64,000 nucleotides of DNA. It comes from a virus. Positions 35,269 to 44,080 of this stretch are shown one piece after another; within the stretch, counting starts at the first letter, position 1; each line of letters opens with the position of its first letter. The stretch lies in IMG/VR virus record IMGVR_UViG_3300045988_125893, one strand, 5' to 3'. A program made the position numbers and the translations under genes. The notes beneath the pieces were generated by a model. That model searched no databases. It was not told the origin of the DNA and worked only from the letters and a program-made list of their open reading frames with translations.

Positions 35269-37627
35269 ACTTAGACCTTACCAAAAAGAGGCAGTAGATG
35301 CCGGGCTTAAGTTTCTTACAGGAAGATCTAAGAAGCCTGGCATAATAGTAGCTCCATGCGGATGTGGAAAGAGCCTTCTGATATCCAAGATAGCACATGA
35401 AATAAATAGACCGACGTTAGTGTTACAGCCCTCAAAAGAGATTCTGGAGCAGAATTATGCAAAGGCTGTATCATTCGGTTCTAAACCTACCATATATTCT
35501 GCCTCATGTGGCGTAAAGGAATTATCGGCTATGACTTATGCTACACTTAAAAGCATAAAGAAAGACGTAGCAAGGTTGAAAGATATAGGGATAGATACGA
35601 TCCTGATAGATGAATGTTTTACTGGAGATGTGGAGATATTAACCGAAAAAGGGTTTGTTCAATTTAATAAATTAGAACAAAATGTAAGGGTAGCTCAATA
35701 TGATAAAGGATTTATTGATTTTGTGATGCCTATCAGATATATCAACAAGCCGCACGATGGTGACATTTGTTTACTTCATATTAAACATGGAATAGATCTT
35801 CCAGTGACAAAGAATCATGATTTCTTGTTTTATGATAAGAAATACGGTAAATGGTATAAACAGAAAATATCTGAAGCTTCTTTTAAATCTGGGAAATGCA
35901 TTCCGGTATCAGGGATATCACGTGTAGATAGCGAAGGCGATTCCTTATCTGACATGGAGAGGTTGTTTATAGCAACACAAGCAGATGGAAGTATTCATAA
36001 CAAAAACGAAAATGACACAATTATATCTTTCTCATTTTCAAAAGAAAGAAAAATAAAAAGGATTCATTATTTATGTAAGAATGCAAACGTTGAGATATGG
36101 GAAGTTAAAGGAAAAATAGAAAAAGAAGGAAATACGAAAAACAGAAGAAGGTTTATGGTAAGAATGCCAAAGTTTACAACAAAGGATATTCGAAATCATA
36201 TATCATTCCCAATGTCTTACGAAAAAGCAAGATCGGTAATAGAAGAGTGTTCTTTATGGGACGGCAGTATTATAGGGAATACGATGCTTTATTATTCATC
36301 GACCGATAAAACGCAGGTGGATTTTTATAATTCTGTAGCCACAATAGCTGGCCACGGATGTTATGTTTCTATTGAAAAGGATGGCAGAAAAGAAACATAT
36401 TCGGATGTTTATAGGCTTTTTATAACAAAAGACAAAAAACTAAGAGGCACTAACTCTATGTATAAACGATATGAAAAATACACCGGACAAGTTTATTGCG
36501 TAGAGGTTCCATCTGGATGTATAGTACTAAGATATAAAGGATATACATTTGTTTCTGGAAATTGTCATTCAGGATATTCTCCTGAAGAAGGTTCTGAGTT
36601 TATAGAGTTTATGAGCGAGTTTCCCGAGGCGAAGGTGCTGGGCTTCACCGCCACTCCCTGCCGCCTCCGAACCTACAGTTCCATGCTGGAAGGAAACTAC
36701 AGCAAGCTCAATATGCTGACGAAAGACGAGCATAATTTCTTCAAGAAAATAGTTCATGTGACTCAAATACAAGAATTAACTTCTCAAGGGTTTTGGTGTC
36801 CACTTAAGTACGAACGATGGTCTTTTGATGAATCGGCTCTGATGTTGAACAGCACCGGAGCTGAATACACCAACGAATCTATTAAAGAAAGTATTGTACG
36901 AAATGGCTTAAACAACTCTATCTACAAGCGCCTTCTTCAACTTATGAACGAACGTAAAGCCATTTTGGTTTGCATGGATTCTATTGAATCATGTAATAGA
37001 ATATCAGAGTTCATGAATGCCAAGATGGGAGCCATAACCGGTGTCGTAACATCGCTAACAACCAAAAAGAAAAGAGAGCAAATTATATCCGATTTCAAAG
37101 AAGGAAAGTTGAAGGTGGTTTTTAATTATTCAACGCTTGCTACCGGATTTGATTTTCCTGAACTTGATTGCGTGATGTTTGGTCGCCCAACATTCTCATA
37201 TTCAACATATTACCAAATATTAGGCCGCGCCGTCCGCATCCATCCTGACAAGAAAGAGGCGCTGATAGTTGATTGCTGCGACAACATGAGGCGTTTTGGT
37301 CGGATAGAAGACTTGACAATCGAACAATTCCCTTCTAAGGGCTGGTGTATGTTTGCCGGAGATCAACTTCTGTCCAATATAAGGATGGGTGATATTATTA
37401 CCAAAGACGAGATCCTTCGCCGGGCAGCCTCGCTTAAATCTGTGAATGGAGATGGTAGGAGAGAAGACGATCTTGACAGTATAATAATGTGGTTTGGAAA
37501 ATATGAAGGAATTAGATTCAAGGACATACCGGTGTCGTATTTTAGGTTCTTGGCTGAGAATATGGCAATAAAACCAGGAGACAGGAAAGAAAAGATTATC
37601 GAATATTATAATAGGATAAAGGCATGA
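35258..37627 (+). CDS. SF2 DExH-box helicase (ResIII/UvsW-like) interrupted by an intein
   Basis: LRPYQKEAV (Q motif), APCGCGKS (Walker A), DE|CH motif II restored after intein removal, TATP motif III, QILGRAVR motif VI. Confidence 0.85.
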   Translation: MGFELRPYQKEAVDAGLKFLTGRSKKPGIIVAPCGCGKSLLISKIAHEINRPTLVLQPSKEILEQNYAKAVSFGSKPTIYSASCGVKELSAMTYATLKSIKKDVARLKDIGIDTILIDECFTGDVEILTEKGFVQFNKLEQNVRVAQYDKGFIDFVMPIRYINKPHDGDICLLHIKHGIDLPVTKNHDFLFYDKKYGKWYKQKISEASFKSGKCIPVSGISRVDSEGDSLSDMERLFIATQADGSIHNKNENDTIISFSFSKERKIKRIHYLCKNANVEIWEVKGKIEKEGNTKNRRRFMVRMPKFTTKDIRNHISFPMSYEKARSVIEECSLWDGSIIGNTMLYYSSTDKTQVDFYNSVATIAGHGCYVSIEKDGRKETYSDVYRLFITKDKKLRGTNSMYKRYEKYTGQVYCVEVPSGCIVLRYKGYTFVSGNCHSGYSPEEGSEFIEFMSEFPEAKVLGFTATPCRLRTYSSMLEGNYSKLNMLTKDEHNFFKKIVHVTQIQELTSQGFWCPLKYERWSFDESALMLNSTGAEYTNESIKESIVRNGLNNSIYKRLLQLMNERKAILVCMDSIESCNRISEFMNAKMGAITGVVTSLTTKKKREQIISDFKEGKLKVVFNYSTLATGFDFPELDCVMFGRPTFSYSTYYQILGRAVRIHPDKKEALIVDCCDNMRRFGRIEDLTIEQFPSKGWCMFAGDQLLSNIRMGDIITKDEILRRAASLKSVNGDGRREDDLDSIIMWFGKYEGIRFKDIPVSYFRFLAENMAIKPGDRKEKIIEYYNRIKA
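35615..36562 (+). other. intein (316 aa) with LAGLIDADG-like homing endonuclease core, inserted in helicase motif II
   Basis: begins CFTGDVEILTEKG (block A), VTKNH (block B TxxH), LFIATQADGSIH (LAGLIDADG-like), ends FVSGN followed by +1 Cys (CHS). Confidence 0.7.
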
Positions 37628-37980
37628 ACAACAAGAGAAGAAAAAAAATATCGGATGTTATTAACAACGTAAATAAGTATAAAACAGATTTTGAATACAT
37701 CAAATCAAAGTTATCGGAGTTGAAGTACAACATAAATTCAGCCAAGGATGATGTTGATATGATTTTAGATGAAGAGACGGAGGCGAGAGATAATATACCG
37801 GAATCGTTACAAGACTCAGAAAAATATTGGGAATCAGATCAGGCTGTAACTGATATGGAGGAGGTGGTTGATGACATGGAAAGTATTATAAATGATATAG
37901 ATGATGTGATTTCAACCATAGATGAGAGCATTAAAACCATAAATGGTTCTATAAAAGTGAATTTAGTAGGAGTGATGTAA
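37624..37980 (+). CDS. hypothetical acidic protein
   Basis: ORF 118 aa, Asp/Glu-rich. Confidence 0.55.
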   Translation: MNNKRRKKISDVINNVNKYKTDFEYIKSKLSELKYNINSAKDDVDMILDEETEARDNIPESLQDSEKYWESDQAVTDMEEVVDDMESIINDIDDVISTIDESIKTINGSIKVNLVGVM

Positions 37981-38016
37981 GTCCATAAAAAAAACACTAT
38001 AAGTAAAATTTAACAT

Positions 38017-38082
38017 AATACGCTTGTATTAAAATTACACAATCTATATTTTTACGTCGTGTAATTTTAATACAAGCGTATT
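38017..38082. repeat. 24-bp perfect inverted repeat (aatacgcttgtattaaaattacac / gtgtaattttaatacaagcgtatt) with 18-nt spacer
   Basis: read directly; intergenic between 37980 and 38104; T-rich tail follows. Confidence 0.85.
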
Positions 38083-38103
38083 TTATTAAATAATTTAAAG
38101 GGT

Positions 38104-38841
38104 ATGATTTCTAAAGACAGGTTATTGTATGGAGTGGTAATCAGACAGGACATTAAAACTTCCTTTATGTCATTAACTGGATTACAAGAGGCATATACAA
38201 GAAAAAGAGTGGAGATGGGGTGGAATGATAAGAGAATAGAAAATATTCTTTCGAACAAGGAGAGCGCAGAAAGGATATTTTATATTCTTAAAAAACAGAA
38301 ATACATAAAAAGTGAAACCCTGAAAGAGTTTATGGATATAGTGGAAAACAACTCTTTGATAAAAGTAATGAAGTGGTATAATGCCTATAAGACTACAGGA
38401 AGAGGAACAAACAGAAATGTTATGTGTGATCCCTACATATGGGTATTAGTCGCTATAGAATTAAATCCTATGCTGTATGCAGAAGTCACTGGATGGTTAA
38501 ATGATAAACTTATTTTGGATAGAATAGAGATAGGGGATAAATACAATACTCTTTCAAGGTCTGTATCAAAATTTGAAGATGTTGATTACATAGAAATGGC
38601 TGATAAATTAAACTGGATTGTATTCAATAAACATAAATATGTTTTAGATAACAGGGCAACTCAAGAGCAGTTAAAAGAACTTGAAATGCTTCAATCCAAT
38701 CTTGCATTTTGTATAGAAATGGGAACCATATCTTCTTTTTCTGATTTAATAAACATGATGGGGACTATATATAAGAAAAAGTGGGGATCGGGAGCAGTAT
38801 CTTCTAAAAATATAAAATCTTCAAATAATGAAAACAAGTGA
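38104..38841 (+). CDS. hypothetical protein
   Basis: ORF 245 aa. Confidence 0.6.
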   Translation: MISKDRLLYGVVIRQDIKTSFMSLTGLQEAYTRKRVEMGWNDKRIENILSNKESAERIFYILKKQKYIKSETLKEFMDIVENNSLIKVMKWYNAYKTTGRGTNRNVMCDPYIWVLVAIELNPMLYAEVTGWLNDKLILDRIEIGDKYNTLSRSVSKFEDVDYIEMADKLNWIVFNKHKYVLDNRATQEQLKELEMLQSNLAFCIEMGTISSFSDLINMMGTIYKKKWGSGAVSSKNIKSSNNENK

Positions 38842-39115
38842 ATTAAGGGAAATACTTAAATTGTATGGTCTTCAGCATGATGTTGTTATCAACAAAAGTT
38901 CAAAAAGGTATTCTATTGTCTTAGATAATAACATAATAGGAACCAATCACGCTGAAGATAGGGTGGTTGTATTCCGTCCTATACCAGAAGGGAAAAACAC
39001 GTTCTGCATGGAACGAGATAGGTTCTATACGGAGTTTGAAGAGGCTTTTGATGATGATAAGGCTATAGAAGCTGTAAGACAATATTTTGAAAACAACAAA
39101 AACAGAAAGTCATGA
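38828..39115 (+). CDS. hypothetical protein
   Basis: ORF 95 aa. Confidence 0.5.
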   Translation: MKTSELREILKLYGLQHDVVINKSSKRYSIVLDNNIIGTNHAEDRVVVFRPIPEGKNTFCMERDRFYTEFEEAFDDDKAIEAVRQYFENNKNRKS

Positions 39116-39459
39116 AAGAAAACGAAATATTTAGGTTGAAGGGCAGAATAGCCATATCTAACCTATCACGTGAGGATAAGAACATGATAAATAGCATCCT
39201 TGATGGTGTCAACAAAAAGGATGAAGAGGAAAAAGGATATGTCTATACCGTGAGAGTAAAACTAAACAACGGAAAGGTTGTACATGCTACTTTATTTTTT
39301 AAAGGCAAGACAGGTCCCACATTTGAAGAATTAAAGAAGGAGCTTGATGATATGGGAGTTAAAGATGATGATTATAGCAATAACGGCATAATTATCATTA
39401 ACCGCATTGTTATGAGCGGAGAAGAATTTGATCGCTTTATAGGCGAAGAAGAAAAATAA
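39112..39459 (+). CDS. hypothetical protein
   Basis: ORF 115 aa, ATGA overlap. Confidence 0.55.
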   Translation: MKENEIFRLKGRIAISNLSREDKNMINSILDGVNKKDEEEKGYVYTVRVKLNNGKVVHATLFFKGKTGPTFEELKKELDDMGVKDDDYSNNGIIIINRIVMSGEEFDRFIGEEEK

Positions 39460-39503
39460 TGGACTATATCATTATACTAATTGATTAAAACAACGATAAA
39501 ACG

Positions 39504-40070
39504 ATGAAAAAAATGGACAATAATACTAAAAACATCCTTTATCCAAAAGGATCTATTTTTCAAACACTGAGAGATGATAAGATAGATAAAAACATTATAA
39601 TATACAAAGGATCTTTAGTGACTTCAGCAACAAACATAAAAGAAAATGACAAGTTTGCTGAAGTTTATTACAATGGAGACGCAATTATTATAGAAACAGA
39701 CATTATGGAACTTATTCGTGTAGGAGATCCAGAAAAAAGTACTTCAATAAAATCAGTGAAAAATGACATCATTGACGACAAACTACGATGGGATTTGCTT
39801 CCGATGGAAGAGATTGAAGACATTGTAAGAGTCTATCATGCCGGAGCCAAGAAATATGGTCCTAATACTTGGCAGGATCTTGACGACGGATTTGAACGGT
39901 ATCGAGCTGCAATGTTTAGACACCTGATGGAATACATGAAAGGAGAAAGAGTGGATTCCGATACAGGATGTTTTCATCTTGCACAATGCGCATGGAACTG
40001 TATAGCTATGCTGTGGTATGACAAGCACGGAAAAGGGTTAATGCCTTTAAGTAAGGAGGAAAAGAAATGA
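39504..40070 (+). CDS. protein with C-terminal DUF550-like (dATP/dGTP diphosphohydrolase N-terminal-type) domain
   Basis: LRWDLLPMEEIEDIVRVYHAGAKKYGPNTWQDL...FRHLMEYMKGERVDSDTGCFHLAQCAWNCIAMLWY matches remembered GAxKYG..NW / RHL..GE.D.ESG.HLAH pattern. Confidence 0.5.
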   Translation: MKKMDNNTKNILYPKGSIFQTLRDDKIDKNIIIYKGSLVTSATNIKENDKFAEVYYNGDAIIIETDIMELIRVGDPEKSTSIKSVKNDIIDDKLRWDLLPMEEIEDIVRVYHAGAKKYGPNTWQDLDDGFERYRAAMFRHLMEYMKGERVDSDTGCFHLAQCAWNCIAMLWYDKHGKGLMPLSKEEKK

Positions 40071-40378
40071 CAATAGAACAACTAAATTATTTATTAAGAA
40101 AAGAGCTTCGTGCTATAAAAAACCATAAAGACAATATTGATAGAATCAAAAAAGAATATTTTGATTCCAATTATGGGTTAAAAGAAGGAGATAAGATCCG
40201 TATTTTACACGAAGCAGGAGATGAAATGATAGGCTTCTTGAAAAAAGTTGAAGTATGTGAAGACGGAGATCTGTACTTGACAATCCAAAAACAAAACGAA
40301 AAAGGTGACAGAGGCAGAGGAAAATGGAATATGTATCTATCATCAAAATTAATTAAAATAGAAAAATTATTAGATTAG
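40067..40378 (+). CDS. hypothetical protein
   Basis: ORF 103 aa. Confidence 0.5.
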   Translation: MTIEQLNYLLRKELRAIKNHKDNIDRIKKEYFDSNYGLKEGDKIRILHEAGDEMIGFLKKVEVCEDGDLYLTIQKQNEKGDRGRGKWNMYLSSKLIKIEKLLD

Positions 40379-40385
40379 CAACGAT

Positions 40386-40916
40386 ATGATTAGAGCAAGA
40401 TTTTACATTAAAAAATCCGACTGCGACAACGACTACCGTCCAGTCAAATGGCCTATAAAATATCCATATTGGTGTAGTGCAGAATCCGATAATTCATTTG
40501 TATTGGTAGCGTATGCTGAAGATGAAGACAGCATAAAAGAATTGTGGCCGGAGGCGTATGATATTAATGTCTTAGAGAAAGATACCGAAATTAGATTCAC
40601 ATTAAGATTTCCTAAGCCGGAATGGTATGAATTGTACGAAAAGGAATTAGAAAAATATAATAGATTCATATGGATTACAGATGCGTGCATGAGAGACGGT
40701 ATAATAAGAAAAGTAAAAGCTAAGATAGAAGAGTATGATGGTCTTTTGTTAGCCGACATTCCTGATAGGTTTACTCCTTATGAAATAGGAAGGGATGCTT
40801 TTGAGAGCAAAGAAGAAGCTTTAAAACATGCAGAGAAACGGAGAACGTACCTGATCGAGTCTACTAAGAAACAATTGAATGAACTTGAAAATCTAAAATT
40901 CGAATGTGATGATTAA
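40386..40916 (+). CDS. hypothetical protein
   Basis: ORF 176 aa. Confidence 0.55.
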   Translation: MIRARFYIKKSDCDNDYRPVKWPIKYPYWCSAESDNSFVLVAYAEDEDSIKELWPEAYDINVLEKDTEIRFTLRFPKPEWYELYEKELEKYNRFIWITDACMRDGIIRKVKAKIEEYDGLLLADIPDRFTPYEIGRDAFESKEEALKHAEKRRTYLIESTKKQLNELENLKFECDD

Positions 40917-41622
40917 CTACGCAGCAAAAGCAAGAAAAGCTTATTTGATAAACAATTTCGATAAGATTCTTAACAGTCTTAACACGCTTCATTCAACGGT
41001 TGAGACCATGACGTTGTTCGTAAACGACCAGGCTTATAATTACATTCTTAAGCTAAAGGAAGTAATTAAAACCAGTCCTATGTATAAGCACAATATCAAG
41101 CGTCTTTTAAATGATATGGACAAAGAGATAAAGAGGTACAATGCTTCTATCTACTACATAAATAAAGAGCGTAGTGAGGTTATAGCTGATATAACACAAG
41201 CGATGGAAGATTGCCTCATGCCATACATAGACGATCTGGCCGGCGCTATAAGGGCAGCCGTGTGGTCGAGGGGTGTGTCCGAGGAGCGGACGGAAGCGGC
41301 GGTACTGTCCCTAATCGTATCCTCCTTGGCCACGACATCAGGCAGACTTATCTCAGGTGGATATCAGATCATGAAAGAAATGGGTGGAGGCTTGGGTGGT
41401 AATCCATTTACGTTTATGAGCATTGATAAGATAAGACACTTATCTACATCATTGTCTGATGCTATTACCGGTGGAGAAATAGCTCTTGAAGAAAAAGAAG
41501 CCAATGACATAACTAAGGCAATGGATGTTTTTATTGAGAAAATGTCTGATTCGGATATTGTTGACAAGGTGATCAGCATACTCGAAGAGGCAGAACCTAA
41601 AAACAAGGAGGAACGATCATGA
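40906..41622 (+). CDS. hypothetical protein
   Basis: ORF 238 aa. Confidence 0.6.
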   Translation: MMINYAAKARKAYLINNFDKILNSLNTLHSTVETMTLFVNDQAYNYILKLKEVIKTSPMYKHNIKRLLNDMDKEIKRYNASIYYINKERSEVIADITQAMEDCLMPYIDDLAGAIRAAVWSRGVSEERTEAAVLSLIVSSLATTSGRLISGGYQIMKEMGGGLGGNPFTFMSIDKIRHLSTSLSDAITGGEIALEEKEANDITKAMDVFIEKMSDSDIVDKVISILEEAEPKNKEERS

Positions 41623-41810
41623 ATTACTTAGATGGGTACGTAGAAGAGGTTCTTTCTGAGCCGTACTATGATGATTACGGCTCTGGGATTTTTAGGTGGT
41701 GGGTGAAAGTATCTTACGTTTGTGAAGGCATAGGAGCTGTCACTACCTTAATGTTTGATACGAGAGAAGAAGCAGAGGCCGTAAAACCAGGTTACAAATT
41801 TTTATGCTGA
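41619..41810 (+). CDS. hypothetical protein
   Basis: ORF 63 aa, ATGA overlap. Confidence 0.45.
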   Translation: MNYLDGYVEEVLSEPYYDDYGSGIFRWWVKVSYVCEGIGAVTTLMFDTREEAEAVKPGYKFLC

Positions 41811-41817
41811 AAATAAT

Positions 41818-42051
41818 ATGAGGTATTTTGTTTTATTGATGGCACTTGTGTTATCATCATGTTCGCATGATATTCGGGTTAATGACAGATGGGTTATATA
41901 TGATCTACGTCCTTTAGATGGTGGATGTATAATGTATTATGGTGAAGACGGAAGATTTTCAATATTTAACAGTAATAGATTTATAAAATTCGTTGGATAC
42001 CAAGGGGAATACAATATCGGAGATTCTATTAAGATCGTAAAAGTGAAATAA
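41818..42051 (+). CDS. small putative lipoprotein (signal peptide plus lipobox LSSC)
   Basis: MRYFVLLMALVLSSCSHD N-terminus; 77 aa. Confidence 0.55.
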   Translation: MRYFVLLMALVLSSCSHDIRVNDRWVIYDLRPLDGGCIMYYGEDGRFSIFNSNRFIKFVGYQGEYNIGDSIKIVKVK

Positions 42052-42052
42052 T

Positions 42053-42532
42053 ATGGAAAAGAATTTAAAACTCGTATGCCCAAAATGTGGCACCCCTCAC
42101 CAGCCTCATTCTCCGCACACGATGGATGCAGATGGATTTGAAAGGTGTGAGATAAGAACTATCATGGAAGACAAGGGATGGTGCTACGAATGCTCTTTTT
42201 GGCAAAATATGTACGACAAGCACAAAGACGATCCTGGATGGATTAGGATAGACGGTGAAAGCTGGGTGCTTAAGCCTATGGTAGAAAACGTACCAAGAGG
42301 ATGGAATAGCCTTGGATGCGGTGGAAGAAAAATGTATGTCAATATCGAAGGGAAGGGTATTGTTGCATCAAACAATTGCTGGTGTCAGGGTGATGTTTCG
42401 GATGCATTTAAGGATCTGATGCCTGATAATGCTACTTGGGCTACGAAGGAGGAATTTGACAAAGCTCCTGTAGTAGGATATATTATGAATGGCGTTGGTT
42501 TAGTTTTTACGGATAGGGTACATTTTTTATAA
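42053..42532 (+). CDS. hypothetical Cys-containing protein
   Basis: ORF 159 aa. Confidence 0.6.
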   Translation: MEKNLKLVCPKCGTPHQPHSPHTMDADGFERCEIRTIMEDKGWCYECSFWQNMYDKHKDDPGWIRIDGESWVLKPMVENVPRGWNSLGCGGRKMYVNIEGKGIVASNNCWCQGDVSDAFKDLMPDNATWATKEEFDKAPVVGYIMNGVGLVFTDRVHFL

Positions 42533-42687
42533 ATCAATTAATTATTTACTTTTAAAAGTTACAATTATGAAAACATCAAAAGAAAATGGACAACAAGAAT
42601 TGAATCGTCTTATCAAAATGAGAGAAATTTGTAAGGAAAAACTTAAAAATTACGATTCTCCTCACGACCGAAAACTGCTTGATTCTA

Positions 42688-42996
42688 TCAATGATCTAAT
42701 CGCAAAGAAAGCAACATCATAGCGATATCCAATGAAATGTTTTGAGAAGGATAAGCATTAGGGATGTTTAAAATCTCATTTATTCTAAATTTAACAACAG
42801 TGTCTAATGGGCAATGTTCTTTTAAATAAAGCATTTCTATTTCCTCTGATTTATAAGGGTATTCTTTTATGAATGTTTTAACAGAAGATTCTATTTTTAA
42901 ACGCAATTTATCAACTTGTTCGATTGAGGTTGATGAACAAATTTTGGTAAGAAGATTTTTTATTTCTTCTTCAATTTCGCTTGAAAAATTTTCCAT
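42688..42996 (-). CDS. hypothetical protein, the only minus-strand gene inside the + array, just upstream of the IS1595 transposase
   Basis: ORF 102 aa; 3' end converges with a 51-aa + strand micro-ORF (42568..42723). Confidence 0.5.
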   Translation of the reverse strand: MENFSSEIEEEIKNLLTKICSSTSIEQVDKLRLKIESSVKTFIKEYPYKSEEIEMLYLKEHCPLDTVVKFRINEILNIPNAYPSQNISLDIAMMLLSLRLDH

Positions 42997-43019
42997 GATA
43001 TTAGTATTATTAAGTTAGA

Positions 43020-44080
43020 CAATCCTCAAAAATAGAAAAGAATTAGAAATTTAACAACAAAAAAAATAATTCGAAATCAGATATTCGATGAATTTAATTG
43101 ATTTTTAGTTGGTTATATGAATATATTTTTGTATTTTTATAATCCAATATAAAGATAAGAAGTATGTTCGATTTTAAATCACTTCCTGAATTTTCAAAAT
43201 TGTTTCCTGATGAGCAAGCGTGTATAACCTTTCTTGAAAAAGAAAGGTGGGGAAATCACGTTGTTTCTCCTTTTGATCCGGAATCTAAGGTGTATAAATG
43301 CAAAGGAAATAGGTACAAGTGTAAAAACACGGGTAAATACTTCAATGTTCGTACAGGAACGATTTTTGAAAATTCAAAGGTTTCATTACGAAAATGGATG
43401 CTGGCTTGTTATTTTGTTGTTGAAATGAAAAGAGGAGTATCATCTTTACAGTTATCTAAAATCGTGGGAGTAACACAGAAAACGGCTTGGTTTATGCTTC
43501 AACGTATTCACAATTGTTTTAGTATTGAAATAAAAGAGCCGTGTTTGAAAGGCGAGATTGAAGTGGATGAAACTTATATTGGTGGCAAAAACAAGAATAG
43601 ACATAGTAAGGATAAAGTTAAAGATGCACAGGGGAGATCTTTAAAAGATAAAACCCCTGTGTTTGGGACACTCCAACGAGAAGGATTTGTTGTCGCTTAT
43701 GTCGTTACAGACACAAAAGGTAAAACCTTACTTCCTTTGATATACAATATCGTTCATCCTAATTCTACCATATATTCTGACGAATGGTATGCGTATAACG
43801 GGATCGACAAAGAAAAGTTTGATCATCAAAAAGTATATCACAAAAAGGGAGCGTATGTAATAGGCAGAAGATCAACAAACACAATCGAAGGATATTGGAG
43901 CCATTTGAAGAAAATGATTTCTGGAACCCATTTCTGGGTGTCGAGAAAACATCTTCAAAGATATGTAGATTGCGAATCTTTCAGATATAACACGAAACAT
44001 CTATCGGAATCTGAAAGATTCGATGTATTTTTGCAGAATACCAAACGACGATTAAGGTATTCACAAATTAATTAATGCAA
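43020..44080 (+). mobile_element. IS1595-family element (boundaries not resolved; no terminal inverted repeats found by eye)
   Basis: transposase gene; A/T-rich upstream; next gene starts 4 nt after transposase stop, so right end may include a passenger. Confidence 0.35.
43164..44075 (+). CDS. IS1595-family (ISXO2-like) DDE transposase
   Basis: N-terminus FPDEQACITFLEKERWGNHVVSP...SKVSLRKWMLACYFVV...SSLQLSKIVGVTQKTAWFMLQRIH closely matches IS1595 transposase pattern; 303 aa. Confidence 0.85.
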   Translation: MFDFKSLPEFSKLFPDEQACITFLEKERWGNHVVSPFDPESKVYKCKGNRYKCKNTGKYFNVRTGTIFENSKVSLRKWMLACYFVVEMKRGVSSLQLSKIVGVTQKTAWFMLQRIHNCFSIEIKEPCLKGEIEVDETYIGGKNKNRHSKDKVKDAQGRSLKDKTPVFGTLQREGFVVAYVVTDTKGKTLLPLIYNIVHPNSTIYSDEWYAYNGIDKEKFDHQKVYHKKGAYVIGRRSTNTIEGYWSHLKKMISGTHFWVSRKHLQRYVDCESFRYNTKHLSESERFDVFLQNTKRRLRYSQIN

